Shown: positions 34,443-47,950 of the stretch, piece after piece
Position numbering within the stretch: position 1 is the first letter of the stretch
Layout of the letters: every line of letters starts with the position of its first letter
Assembly (NCBI GenBank): GCA_001949185.1
Contig: BDGG01000020.1
Span: forward strand, 1 to 64,000
DNA: 64,000 nt
Direction: 5' to 3'
DNA from: Ramazzottius varieornatus
Lineage: Eukaryota; Animalia; Tardigrada
Program-made: the position numbers and the translations under genes
The notes under the pieces: generated by a model
The model's database searches: none
Told to the model about the DNA's origin: nothing
What the model saw: the letters and a program-made list of their open reading frames with translations, nothing else

Positions 34443-37400
34443 ATGGGAGCAAACGGACACCACTTGACGGAAGGCGCACTGCGGGTATGAAAACACTGTC
34501 GGCAACCAGTGAATGGTGGATTGATTGTTGATTGGATGGTGTTTTGACGCGACGCTTTCTCTTCTTCCAGGCGATGCTAAATGGAGTCACTGTGGAGCGA
34601 CCTGTCGTGCAACTGGTGGTGAGTTCGTACACTACAGTGGTAGGAATAGTAGCTAAAGCGGGATCTCCTTTGCAGGATTCGCATGTTCTGAAGAACAACA
34701 CTCCGAACTCATCCGGGAAACGCTATCGACTGCTGCTTAACGATGGAAGAAACACCTACAACTGTAACCTGACTTCCTTCTGGCAGTTACTTCCGCTAAG
34801 CTTAGGAATCTGAGGTATGGCGGCTTTTACCTTTTATGGGTGAACGAGTTGTTGTCTTTCTAGTTGCGATGCTGGGGACGCAGCTGAACTCGCGTTTCGA
34901 GAACGCGGAATTTAGCCCGTTATCCATCATAACGCTGGAGAAGTATGTCTGCAGTGAACAAGGACCGCCCAACGGCGAGAAAAGGTACGAGGGAACCCCG
35001 TGAGGTTTTTGTGAGTAACATGCGTTTTGGAGAAGAGTAATGGACGGATTTTAACACGTTTTTCCGATGAATCTTTCGAAATTCTGTCTTTTGGCGTGAC
35101 CAACCTGCATGCACCTCAGCGCATGTATCAGGCAATGGTGTATGCAGGCATGTGTCTCGTGCAATATGTTAGGAGCTGAATCGGTCTGTCGCCTGCAGGA
35201 AGGTACTGATCATTCTCCAAGTCAACGTGGAAGTTCCCGGTGATCAAGTCCGCGAAAGACTTGGCAACCCGGTACCGTTGGGAGATCCAGCGGGGGATCA
35301 GGGTAATGCTCAGCGAGCGCCGCAGCAACAACCAGCCATTAACCGAGGTATGTTCTCTTTTTTTAATGGTGTTTGGACTCTCCTGGATATTTTTTGAGCT
35401 GAAATGTAGCGTTGCAGATCGATAATATGTGTATGGTGGAAGACCTAACAATTTTTTCCAGGTCCACAACAGCAGCAGTCCTTCCACAATCCTCCCCGTC
35501 CACAGATGAACGGTGGACAACAGCAGAATTCCATCAGCGGAGGAAATAATAACAACACTCGTCCGCAGGGTAACGGTTTCAACAACAACAGCAGCAACCA
35601 AAATAACTTCGGGAACCGCCAGCAAGGCTTCGGCGAATCTCCCGCGAAGCGACGTAAGTTAGTTTTTCTAGCTCACTGATGTATTTTGTTCCATGATTTC
35701 GGCTATCGTATAATGTGAAGACTGAGTGCTCTCTTTGTTTCTGAAATTCTGATAATATAAGTGAGTATTTTCAATAGCGAATTTGGGTGGCGGTGGGATG
35801 GGAAACACCTCCAACCAGGCTCCTCGAATACCCAACGGCAACCAAGGACAGTTCCGAGCTCAAACACCAAGCTATCCACCCAACGGTGGAGGTGGAGGTG
35901 GCGGTGGTGGTTTCTCCGGAGGTAATGGAGGAAACTATGGCGGCGGAAATCAGTCCACTTACGGTGGAGGGAGCTCCACGTACGGTGGAGGTGGTGACAG
36001 CGAAGGCTTTGGTGAAGGAGAAACACCAGCGAATGTATTCCCCTTGACCAGCCTCACACCTTACCAAAACAAGTAGGTTTGAAGAAGTATTACTCTTGTT
36101 CGTATCGTCTCGAACACTCGATTAATAAACTCGGCAAGATGGATTTCCCTAGTGGCGCAAAGTTCCAATGTTTTTAGCTAAAAACGCGCGCCACTTTGAA
36201 AGAGTAGCTTGTCGACTTTGTTTGGCGAGATCCCATCTCGTGTTTGAACTCACTTTTCTCCTCTTTTCCAGGTGGACGATTCGAGTCAGAGTTCTGAGCA
36301 AAGATCCCATTCGCTCGTACGTGAATCAGAAGGGGGAGGGAAAAGTGTTCGGCATGATCATCGCTGACGAAAGCGACGACATGAAGTGCACAGGTTTCAA
36401 TAGCGAGGTCGACAAGTTTTACGACATGTTCGAAGTTGGAAAAGTAAGTGGGTCTTGCGAGTTAGCGTCTTTTTCCTCCACGTAAGTTTACTGATGTCTT
36501 CCAGGTGTATTGGATTCGAAATGCCCAAGTGAAGACTATCAACAATCCGCAGTACAGCCGAGGCAAGCAGTACGAGATGACGTTGAGAGGTGATACCTTG
36601 GTCAAAGAGTGTTTCGATGACGTTCCTGTGCCCCAAGTCAACTACAATTTCGTACCCATCGACCGCATGCAGGATGCCGTTCCGGAAACCACAGTCGGTA
36701 AGACCACTGAAAAAGTTTGAGACAGGGAAATACACACCTGCGTACAGTGTACCTCACAATCAACTTGGTGCAGAGTAACCAGGTGTGTGACGCGGCTACT
36801 GCGTCATGGTGTATCGACTTTTCGTGCACTAGCATATTATACCGTATCGCATGTCTGATATGGCACAGAGGAGGTGGGGCCTGAGACGCTGAGGGGACGG
36901 TGTGGTGCACCTATTAATCATGCACCCGCATACAGTTTGCCGTGGTTCAGGCGTGTTTGGTTTGTGTGCTGGTGCTTGCAATGGTGCCCGTTTTGCCTTT
37001 TTCCCTTTTTGATGGAATGCCCCGTGCAGTTTACAGCGCGCGGACTTACGGGATTATTGTTTACAGATGTGATTGGCATCTGCGGGTTCATCGGTGACCT
37101 CCAGAACATCACCAGTGCCAAAACCAAGAAAGATTTGGTTAAACGGGACATCGAATTGCGGGATACTTCCAACTTCAGCGTCCGCATGACGCTGTGGAAT
37201 GCCCAGGTACCAAACATACTTTCCTGAATCACATCTTACTACTTTAACTGGCCTCGTCATGGTATGTTTTAGGCGGAGAAGTTTGACGCGGCTGCTGCCC
37301 TCAACAATGTGGTGGCCGTGAAGGGTGCAGTGGTGAAGGATTTCGGCGGGAGAACACTGTCGGGGCTTAGCAGTTCCGTGATCACGATCAGCCCCGACAT

Positions 37401-38502
37401 CAATGACGCTCACCTGCTCCGAGGATGGTACGACCAGACGGGCAGCTCCATGGCACCACAGTCGATCTCCAACGCTGCCGGTGGATCTGGCGGTAAGAAT
37501 TTCCCTTCAGAATTGTTTCAGAAATTTTTCGAAACCAATCGAAAAATATAATTTTTTAGAAATCCTAAAAAACCGGGTAGCAGTTTCAAAAGCCAAATAT
37601 TTTCCAAATTTTCATGGTGGAAATGTTTGCGGAATTGGAATGCAAAATATTCATTTCGGGTTTTTGCTCGATTTGCATTTGGGTTTCCCTGTAGGTTCGA
37701 CGCCATGGAAGAACCTTCTGCAGATCCAAACTGAACGGCTGGGTCAAGGTGACAAGCCGGACTACTTCATGCTGAAGGGTTCCATCATGAAGATTCGGAA
37801 CAAGGACACGGCCCTGTACATGGCCTGCCCGGAAGAAGGCTGCAACAAGAAAGTTATCGACCAAGGCAACCAGACTTACCGATGCGAGAAGTGCAACAAG
37901 GAGCAGATCAGTTTCAAATGGCGGCTCATGTTAAATGTAAGAAGCATTTGGGAGCTGCGCAGAGAAGCTCGGCAAGGTCGTTTTACCAAGTGGCGCAGCC
38001 GTTAGCCTGCAATAGTGGAAACGTGCGTCACTTGGGAAAACTTTTGTGGAGTTTGTTCGCAGAGCAGCTCTGCCAGAGCTTCTGTTTCTCAGTTCTTTAA
38101 AGAGTTTCGTGAAATTTTCCTAATTATTTTCTTGTAGGCGGAAGTGGCTGACTTTGGTGGCGGGTGTTATCCCTCCATCTTCCACGAACAAGCCGAGCAT
38201 ATTCTGGGTAAATCCGCCCAGGAACTGGGTGAGATGCGGCTCAACGATATGACCAGCTTCGACAAGATCTTCGCCGACGCCCAGTTCAAGAGCTTCATTT
38301 TCAAAGCTCGCTGCAAGATGGAAACCTTCAACGTAAGTCCACCTTTCCTCCCTATACGCTTCAGAAGGAACATTTTCATATAGCTATATTCTCATAGGAT
38401 GAAAATCGGTTGAAGTATCAAGTGATGACGGTAGAGCCTATCAACGTCCTGGACTACTCGACGCGCCTTATCACCATGCTCAAAGACCTGAATGTACAGT
38501 AA
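34443..38502 (+). CDS. RPA1: Replication protein A 70-kDa subunit, multi-exon
   Basis: LTEGAL, RYRLLLNDG, SLTPYQNKWTIRVRV, GEGKVF, DVIGICG, VAVKGAVVKDFGGRTLS, LRGWYD, YMACPEEGCNKKV...YRCEKC zinc ribbon. Confidence 0.96.
36120..36227. repeat. Intronic palindromic element copy (reverse orientation)
   Basis: 36152-36159 / 36187-36194, 27-nt spacer, RPA1 intron. Confidence 0.85.
37952..38070. repeat. Intronic palindromic element copy
   Basis: 37990-37997 / 38024-38031, 26-nt spacer, RPA1 intron; pairing extends to GAGCTGC/GCAGCTC. Confidence 0.85.
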
Positions 38503-39007
38503 AGCTTGAATTTCTTTTACTTGTCGCTATGTTGTATAAAGTATAGTACAATCTCGATGGTCGTTTCCTTATGTGTTTTTATGAAAGACGATCTCCTGTC
38601 AGTTCTGGCTGTGTGGTATTACATTCGTTGTGCTCGGACGTACGAAAAGTCTGTTCTGGTTTGAATTCCTTGCTAACTTGGGCTGTCTTATCCAAGAAGC
38701 AAAAACTGCCGTCTTTTAGTAAATTCTTCCAATGTTGTGGTTCGCTCTCCCGTGGATGTTAACAGCGGCAAGCTTCCGTGGTGCGGAGATGTGAGTAAGT
38801 GATTGGGGTCTTATCAGAGATCGGCCATCGGGTCTTCGTGACGCCGACGTTCCAAGATCAAACTTGCACTTCCTTATCAAGCCTTACAGAGACAATTCGC
38901 TTCAAAATATTGAGCACAGTTAAAATACCACAAAAAAGTTTTCACTGTTTGGTTAGTCTGAGTTGTTGCAGATCGTTCAAGCGCGATTGTCGGATGGATT
39001 TGATTCC

Positions 39008-41396
39008 ATGATGGAGGCTTATATCTTGCGGTTTCTAGTAATCCCCTTTCTCTACGTTATTTCCCTTGGTGAGCAATTATTGTTACTTGCATTGGCTGTC
39101 TCCGTCTCCTGGGACTTGTTGACGAGATTCTGTGGATACTGCAGGTAAGACGGAGGCTCTTCTTCGAGTATGGACTCCCCATGCAAGCGTCTTCGAAGAG
39201 GTCAAGACCTGGCACGATGGACGGAAGCCTTGTTACGGTGATAGTATTCGTCTTCAAGAGAACCGCGCTGTCCTCGTCTCACAACATCACACTCTAGGTG
39301 GCCTGGTAAGATTTTCCTTTGTGCATGCAACCACTTCGTAGCTTTCGTAACTCAGCTCGTTTAGTTCGTTTCCAGTCGCTGCCGAACCGTGGGGAACTCA
39401 TCATGGCGGAAGGTGCTGTTCTGGACATCATCGATCTTAGCGAAGCTTCGGAACAGCAGAAACGTCCCGCACAGGAATCCTGCCCAGGCTCCGTCGGATC
39501 CGCTAGTGAGCCTCTTTGCGAACACTGGATAAAGTGTTGATAACCTCCTGCAACAAGGGATTTCTGTAGGGTCGGAGTTGCTGGTGGACGTTCAAGCTCC
39601 AAGTTGGTTCGACCCGGACAACTGGGAACTTAGACTCAACACATCGACGTACAAGAAGCTCAACCTTCCCTTCCTCGATTCCCAAAGGATACCTTGCAAC
39701 GGAGATGATGTGGAGATTCCAGCAGGACATAGCTTTCAGATCGGCATGCCTGCTTCGTTGAAGGAGCCCATTCGTCTGCGGTCGTTCAAGATCGGTCATT
39801 TGGTAAGCTTATGGCTCAGCTGATTCAGTTGATTGTACAGATAGTTGATTGATTTCCTGCTTGGAAACAGGCGTTCACGAACGAGATGCTGGCAGAATAT
39901 TTTACCCGTCCTGACCCGAATTCGCTCTTCGACATAGCGGACCGGACTATTTCGACCGAGACTGGCACAATGGTGGAAGATGTCGAGACATTGGTTTCGG
40001 GACCGTTTATCCGACTTGGAGAAGCTTTCCTGAGCGGATGGGCGGGGTGTAGTACGCAGCATGGCTGTGTTTGCGGAAACGACCGAAAAGAAGTACGTGG
40101 AAATTTCTCTGCCGTCAAACTAGACACCACATGTGGCTTGAAGTTTTGTCGATTGGTTTTAGGTGATGGGTCAAATTTGCAAGTTTGAGGCACAGAGCTC
40201 AAGGACACCTGAGGTAATGCAGTGCTGCAATGGCGAAACCGCTATCAATGTTCCTGGGCACTGTTCGCCACTTTGCGGTAAAATGAAAACAGCTGTCAGA
40301 ATATTTTGTTACCAAATAAGAATTTTAAATAGAAAGCTGACTTCTCTTCATAGCTTCCGTGGTTCAGTCGGCCTTAACAGACGCGACCAACGCTCTGAAA
40401 GCTGCCATAGACATGCAAGACATCCTGGAGGACCTGAAGGACGATGACAGTTGGCCAAAGGTATGAAATACCCATACGCTTTTTCATTTTTGAGAAAAAG
40501 AGCTATAGTTGCTTCTTGGGTTTCAGTATGTCTCAGCGTACATCTCCGTAACGCACGACAACAAGCTCCAGACCATACTTTTCACAAACCACGTGGTCTC
40601 TGAAAACGAGACCCATAATGGGGTGCCTCACCGTATAGCCGCCGAAATTCTCATCAAACGGCTGGCACTTAGTCCCAGTAAGATCTGGGTGTTCTTTCAG
40701 AACCGCGGTGAATCTATATTGGTCAGTCATTTTCTTTGTTATGGTTACAGATCAGCGATGGTTCGACCGTAGCATGATGTCACTCGTCTCTTCCGCGACG
40801 GACCCTTCGAAGACTGAATTCTCGGCTGCTCGAGGTGGTGAGTTTTCAGTAGACTGTCATTCACCCTGCTCCGCTTCTGTGCCTTCGTTTGATTTTCGTT
40901 TTATTTTCGAACTATAGGAAATATGTCAACAGCTGGAACGACAGTGGGAATTGTGGTGGGAGTGTTGTTGCTGTTGGTTCTGATAGCAGCGCTTATATTT
41001 GTCGTTGTTCGTTACAGGTAAGTTCTTGATTTTTCGCCCTCGCTGGTCCGATAAACGTACATGGTTAATGAGAAACTCTATTTCCAGGAGGAGGTTACCG
41101 TTTGCGTTCCGTGCTTTCGATAACAATTCGGACAATCAGACGATAGAAATGGACGAAGGACCAAACTTTGTCAACCCACTCTATTCGCAAGACGCCGGTA
41201 GCGGTGATGCGTTCGGTGGAGACGCCGATTACAATTCACCTTGGGTAACTTAAAACTCGCTCGAATATTCTCTGCGCAAAATTATCAGAAGGGAAAAGAT
41301 CTCATTTTTTACTAGGACATCGAAGAGGCGGCGGACCATAACAACCTGAGCGTCGATGATGACGACCACAGACAACTCGCCCAGAACGAGTTTTAG
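39008..41396 (+). CDS. AMN: Amnionless (cubilin co-receptor), multi-exon
   Basis: Signal peptide; W...W..GRKPC, LPNRGELIM, WFDPDNW, SQRIPCNGDDV.IP..SF, GCVCGN, GHCSPLCG; TM helix; cytoplasmic FVNPLY motif. Confidence 0.88.
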
Positions 41397-41781
41397 CCTC
41401 AAAAGCTTACGTAAACTTCGTGGTCAAGCTGGCAATTTGAAGTCACAGAGCTCGCGCGATGGATTCATTCCACAGTCATGATAAGTACCCTACTCCGAAG
41501 CTTAAGAATGCTCCAATGTCCATCGGATCCGTCATGGTGGCCGAAATGAATCAGTCCCACAACGGCCATGTATTAATATATCATCTTGAAGATGTCTGGT
41601 GGTCAAGCAACCAGTATGCAACCGGTTATGGCAGGTTAAACTGACGGCGACTCATAAAACGTACATGCGCAGCGCTGTTTCGAAAAACAGAAGCTCAGGT
41701 GCTGAGACGGATTATTTCCACTGCAGTCTAATATAATGCAAAACCATGTAGAGCATCTGCCGTCTGTGCGCGACACAGCTA

Positions 41782-43066
41782 TCAGGTGATAAGGTATGAC
41801 TTGTCGGCTCACACCAGTCTCACATTGAAAAATCCATATCTCTCTTTTAGCGCGATCGTTTCGTCTCGTGTTTTTTGTGTCGATGCTAGTGTTCGTCTAC
41901 TATCTTTCGCTGCTTCGTTTATGTTAGTTTGTTGCTTCTGCCCTCTCTGTGGAGTTGTTGGCGCGCCCATGGACAAGAGCAAGTTACGGACTATTTTCGA
42001 GTATGAATTTCGTCGCGGCACCAACGCAGCACAGACAGCCCGGAATATCAACAATATGTTTGGTGAAGAAGCCACTAACGAACGTACGGTGGAACGATGG
42101 TATGCTCGTTTCCGTTCGGGAGATTTCAGTCTCGAAGATTACCCTCACGGAAGGCCAAAACTGAAAGTGAACAACGACGAGCTGAGAAAGCTGGTGGAGT
42201 CCGATCCTTCCCAAACGTCTGCCGTATTGTCTCAACACTTCAACATATCACCCGTGACTATCGATTTGCACCTTCTTCAGATCGGTAAGGTGAAAAAGTT
42301 GGAAAAGTGGGTACCTCATGAACTTAGCGCACTCCAGAAAAGGCATCGTGTGGACGTGTGTCTTTCTCTCCTCAACCGTCCCAGAAACGAACCTTTCCTG
42401 CATCGAATTGTTACGTGTGATGAGAAGTGGATTCTTTACAACAACCGGAAGCGGAAGAAGGTAATTTTGAGCCCAGGTGAAGTCCCGAAAACTATTCCAA
42501 AGCCTGAGCTTCACCAACGCAAGATCATGGTTACTGTTTGGTGGACAATGGAAGGGATAGTGCACTATGACTTTGTTCCTCCTGGCAAAACAAAAGTAGC
42601 AGACTACTACTCTCTGGAACTGGAGGAAATGATGAAGAAGCTGACCGTCAAGCAACCAAAGTTGATCAATCGTGACAAGCCCCTGCTGCTACACGACAAC
42701 GCAAAAGCTCACTCCGCGAAAAAGACTTCTGCCAGATTACGCGAGCTCGGTCTGGAAACTCTTCCTGATCCACCATACAGTCCTGACTTAGCTCCAACAG
42801 ATTATCACTTCTTTTTGAATTTTGATAACCTTTTGAGAGGAAGAAAATTTAATTCCGAAGAAGCTGTGAAAAGTGCCTTCGAGAACTTCGCCGGTTCTCT
42901 TTCTCTCGAGTTCTTCCGTAAAGGCCTATCTTGTCTGCCGGATAAATGGCAAAAGTGTGTCGATAGTAATGGTGAATACTTCGATTGAAAAGGATTAGAT
43001 TCAAACTGGGGAAAGTTGTAACAAAATTTTATGTTGGTGGCCGACAAGTCATACCTTATCACCTGA
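41782..43066 (+). mobile_element. Full-length mariner transposon (1285 bp)
   Basis: Perfect 27-bp TIRs TCAGGTGATAAGGTATGACTTGTCGGC, TA at 41780-41781 and 43067-43068. Confidence 0.97.
41969..42988 (+). CDS. Mariner DD34D transposase, 339 aa, uninterrupted
   Basis: WVPHEL, IVTCDEKW, LLHDNA, YSPDLAPTDY; 34 residues between the 2nd and 3rd Asp; N-terminus resembles Hsmar1/cecropia type. Confidence 0.96.
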   Translation: MDKSKLRTIFEYEFRRGTNAAQTARNINNMFGEEATNERTVERWYARFRSGDFSLEDYPHGRPKLKVNNDELRKLVESDPSQTSAVLSQHFNISPVTIDLHLLQIGKVKKLEKWVPHELSALQKRHRVDVCLSLLNRPRNEPFLHRIVTCDEKWILYNNRKRKKVILSPGEVPKTIPKPELHQRKIMVTVWWTMEGIVHYDFVPPGKTKVADYYSLELEEMMKKLTVKQPKLINRDKPLLLHDNAKAHSAKKTSARLRELGLETLPDPPYSPDLAPTDYHFFLNFDNLLRGRKFNSEEAVKSAFENFAGSLSLEFFRKGLSCLPDKWQKCVDSNGEYFD

Positions 43067-43237
43067 TATAATCCGGATAGTTTCGCCGCAGTGAACGAGC
43101 ATCAAAACCATTGCTCTGCGCTACGTTCATGCTAACCTGCGATGCTTTCCGAATACAAAACAGCTAGTTTTGACAGACAACATACACTGATCGACTAATT
43201 TAGGAGCGACTCCTGGGCAGAATCTCTTGATACAATC

Positions 43238-43980
43238 ATGTTGCTCTGCTGGTTTGGCGTAGCGATTTTAAGTAAGGTTTGATCTTTCGGTAACTGTGCA
43301 GCTTTACCAGGGCGCACACGTTTCTCAGTGAGCACTTCCGGTCTAATACGGATCCTGTCTCTCTTTTTCCCGCAGGCTTGCTGCCTCAGCCAGATAAGAG
43401 CCCTCCCTTTCCTAAAACTTACACGGATCACACCACCAAACTGCGTGTCCCCCGATATGCCGCTACCGATGGAGCCAGTATGCGGAAGTAACGGACGAAA
43501 TCACTCGGACTGGTGCCAGTTCACCAACGCCAAATTCAACCAGCCAAGTACGATGAACGGTAGCACGAAACGACGTGCGGCGTATGCCGATTTTTGCAGA
43601 TTTGGGAAGAGTGCTCTGTCAAGACCTCCCGGATATATCCAAGAACCCCAATCCGAATTTCGCCTACAAGCCAACCTCGTACGTTACTCATTGCAAGCTG
43701 ACAGTGTACTTTTGTTCCACGCCTCACTAATACCGTTTTAGAGAAAGCCACCAAGTGTTTGACGAACGGTCAGACTGTTACCGGCACCCGCTACCAACTG
43801 TAATTTCAACTACAAGGCAACAGGTAAGACTTGCCAGCTACGCGTACTGAATTAGTAAGATCGAGTTTATTCGCTCTGGTGAAGAAGACACAGTACATCT
43901 TTCCAAAGGATTTTAGGCACAGGAATTCGGTGTGACACCGCATGCCCGTGTCCGGTACCGGTTTGTCCTCGCACCGTGGT
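43238..43980 (+). CDS. Secreted Kazal-domain protein (3' exons uncertain)
   Basis: MLLCWFGVAILSK|ACCLSQIRA signal; C..PMEPVCGSNGRNHSDWCQF Kazal motif; further Cys-rich exon ~43917-43978. Confidence 0.6.
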
Positions 43981-44219
43981 AAGTCGACTAGAGTAATGTC
44001 AGGTCGGAAAGCTATCGGATGTGTGGCACCCTTTTGCATTTGCAGAGAAGAGCAACGGATCTTCCAGGATAGGTTGGAAAACGGAATTCAGTCAAGTACG
44101 ACACCAGCTTCATTGGCGTTTTCTGCTGTCAACCCGGCTAGTATTAGACAAAAGAGGTTTATAAAAATCCTGATCGTTTTCCGTCCAAATTTACCGCCAA
44201 CGCAATTCGTGGAAGAATC

Positions 44220-47200
44220 TCAATAATGATACTTGCTAGGATCGACGTGGTAATAGTCTTTATCGCTGTCAAACTTCAAGTATTTTTCGGGACCAGCCGC
44301 GAGTTCCAGTAGTTCGGTTAGCCTTGTCTGCAGAGGGCTGAAAGATGGCCTTTCGGGCGGACTTTCTTTCCAGCAACTCGTCATAACATCGTACCTAGAA
44401 ATACAAGCTATTTTGTTGGCACACTCCAGAACCAGTACACGGTAAAAAACACCGAATTGCTCGGAAAACTCGGCTTACAGTTCTCGTGAGCAGTTTTCAG
44501 GACATTCCATCCGGCTGCCTTCTTTAAGGTAGCTCAAAAGATCCTTGTTGTGGATGGTTGGATACGGCGTTCCTCCCATCGTCACGATCTCGAACAACAC
44601 CACGCCAAAGGACCATCTAGAATATTTACGTTGGAGAAATTTGAGGGTAGATTATGCGTATTCGAAAGAAGAATGCATACAGTACACTTACACGTCGGTA
44701 GCGGGGCTGAAAGTGAGATCAACGATAGACTCGATGGCCATCCATTTCAGTGGTAACTTGCCCGGGTTGAGCATGACGTAGTTACAGTCTTCGTTGAGGT
44801 ACCGTGCCAGACCAAAGTCTCCAATCTTCACGTGGTTTGTGTCTGTCAGGAGGATATTCCGCGCTGCCAAATCTCTGTGAATGTACCCTTGATGGTGGAC
44901 GTACTCCTGCCAAAAAGCAGTCGCACATCAGAAACGAAAAAGCATTTCCCTCGTCGATTTATCACTTACACAGTATCAAAGGTTTTGCTCGTGGTTAACG
45001 TTGCCCTTAACTACAGATCTTTTCAACACGGACAGCTCAACATTGGTGGCTTTTTTCTACTTGGATTGCCTTACCATGCCCAACGCTATCTGTCGTGCGA
45101 AAGAAAGGAGTGTTGACAGCGTCAGCTGGCTCACGCATGTTACAGGGAGATAGCTGGAGGAAGCGTTGGCGGGTTGTAGGGAAACTGCAGTTTGGCGTTT
45201 CGACGACAGGTAACTTCGCAGGTCGCCCAGTGCGCAGTATTCCAGGACCAGCAGGATAGGCTCGGAGCTGATACATGCACCCAGTAGGCCAACAATGTTG
45301 TAATGGTGACCGAGTGCTTTCATCAAGCGGATCTCCCGAAGGAAGGCATCCTTCTCCAATAAGTCAGCGGTTTCTAGAAGTACAGAGCTGAATAACTTAC
45401 AAGAGCCAACAGGACGAAGAGCTGCATTCGGACAGAGTCTACCAGGAAGTAGTTTTACGGCCACCGGACAATCAAAGACCACATGGCCGAACTGCGTGGT
45501 CAACGGTCCCTCCACCACGCCTTTCAGGACTTCGCCATACGCTCCTTTCCCGATAGCAGCTCCGAAGGCAACTCGGGAGCGGTCGATCTCCCATCTGTCC
45601 GTTGCGTTGGCCGGCGAGGAAATGCTGTTTCTAAACACGTTTCTCGTGAACCAGTGATACACGGTAACAGATTGTGCATGTACTGTATGTGTAATGTATC
45701 TTGACTATTTTACCGGGGAAGTTCGAAGTTTTTAGGAAAATTGTGTCTCGTCAGTTGGGAATTGGGGTTGGTGACGTGGTACGCATCAGAAGACGAGTTC
45801 GACCCGGAAGAAATCGAGGCCAGTAGTTTGTCACGAAGTCGAGCTTGGTATCTTCGGCAATAGCACGTACCGACGATAAACAGGATGAGCGCTACGACCA
45901 GCGGTCCTGCGATAGCACCAGCCAAACCACCTGTTGATAGCCCAGTATCCTGGCTCTGTTTACTCGGTTCGTCCTTATCATAGTCCTTGACGTTGCTCCA
46001 TTCGTTGTCCAGAGTCTTGTTGTCGCCTCGAACTTCTCCACTGTTATCGATATTCTTCCGAATGTGCTTCCCAGCCCATTGCTTGTGGTGGAACTGCCCG
46101 AAAGCCGGACGGTCTTTTCCTGTCCACCATGGTCCAGGTCCGGGTCCTGGTCCTGGACGGTCACGACGGAAGCAAGGACCTCCGTCCACGATACCACAGT
46201 CTGAAATGACGTCCGCAATGAGAAGTCCTGTTTGATGCAGTTCCTCCCTTGGGGAAATGCAGTTCAGACTTCAGGCTTACCCAATTTGTTACTTTTGTAA
46301 GTAGCTTCCTGGCTTTTCTCGCCACAAGTGGTGGTAAACGAGATACGGAAGGTGTATCGACACTTCAATTTCATATTCTGTACGTCAGCACGTTCCTCGT
46401 TGGCGAAAAGAAGGACAGTAGGTATGACATCGCTGTAACACTCGTCATCTTTATCAACCTTCAAGTGGTACTTGGCCACATCAGTCGCGTTCGCCCCTTT
46501 CAAATTAGATTGAATACAAATTAGGCACGAAACGACCAAACACACTTATTGTCCATACCTGGGCAGTATTGGATTATAAGGCGACCTACCTGAGGGTAGT
46601 TTCCAGATTAGTTGGCCGCGAACCGTTCCGTTGAAATCAAACAGCTGACCCAAGGAGACACTGAAGACTTGCATCGCTTTGACCAAACTAGAGGTATCTG
46701 AAATCGAACCATGCGTAACATTTTTCCCCTCACCAGCGCGCAGATTAGTTGCAGAAATTCCATATTGCTTACAGTTGTAGGTCTCATGTGGAGATGCCGC
46801 GATGATTCCACGTGAATCCACGGCCACGAAGCGCACGGTGTAGGAGTGGCACCGTCCTATGAACACTGTGTCGGACTTCAGAAGCACTGCCTGAAATATT
46901 GATAAACAAAACCCAGATTCAAAGGATGTAGTACGTAAGGTAACGTAGTGCAACAGGCGTCGCTATTTTCACCGGTTCGGCAATCCATGTGGTTTCGTGG
47001 AGACTTTCGATAAAGTACAGAACTGCTCCATCGGCGTTGGTGAAATTTGCAGGAACTGACCAGCTGACCCGGAAAGAAGCTAAGGCACCCTGTAGTTCCA
47101 GTGAACCCAGAACCGGTGTTTTGTACTCGCTGTCCTCTTCGGAATCGGACTCGGCACTGGAACCGCCGTCTGCGGTACTCACTCGACATTCTTTCGGCAA

Positions 47201-47581
47201 ACATCTCTGCAACGGGAGACGGTAAACTTTAGCCACCATTCGTCCCGAAGGCATCCATGATGGTACTCACAAAAGAACAACCCTGAAACTCACCAGTTTG
47301 TGGCATGCCAGAGTTGTGTTTCGCCCACATTCACTAACACATTGGTCGAAAGTCTGCAAAGCAAAACTACCCGTATTGCAAGCACAAATCAGTAACTTCG
47401 ACTGATTTACAAAGGTTTTTACCTTTGTGTGGTTTTGCAGGCATTTACTGGTGCACTTCAATTTGCAAATCTGGCCTAAAGACGAGACATTCCGTTTGTA
47501 TTCCGTTTTACTTCCTTCGATCAGTACAATACGGTAGATCGCCAGCAGGAAGACAGACAGGGCAAACAGGAAAACATTCAT
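44220..47581 (-). CDS. Receptor tyrosine kinase (Ret/FGFR/Torso-like kinase domain; Cys-rich plus FN3-like ectodomain)
   Basis: Signal [15 protein letters not shown]; [23 protein letters not shown]; [55 protein letters not shown]; TGA 44220-44222. Confidence 0.92.
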
Positions 47582-47950
47582 CTTTTGGGAATCATAAAGT
47601 TCAGGAGGATCAATCTATCATAGAAGGATCAATCTATCACCGTGGCGGAACTACACATGGAAAAACAGACCAAATTCAGCCTTCGCGCATTCCTCGAAGA
47701 CCCACAGAAGTGTCTGTCCCGCAACACTTACACAAAAGTCGGCCAGTACTCAGCAAACCCGGTTAAGGTCGCTAACGCTGCGTCATCGTTTCATCCGAAA
47801 GGCCCTGCTAAAGCGTTCTACATCGTAAAAGAAACTGCCGAAGCGTATCGAAAGACAACAAACACCGAAGAAGCGAGCATCTTTATTGCATCGGGTACAG
47901 GTATCAAAAGAGAGTATATTCAGGGTCTCAAACAGTGACAGCTGGTCGTC

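Noticed and set aside
41786-41968. N-terminal extension MIRYDLSA of the transposase and mirror ORF 42805-43062
   Set aside because: Both start inside the TIRs at non-ATG codons; the real start is ATG 41969
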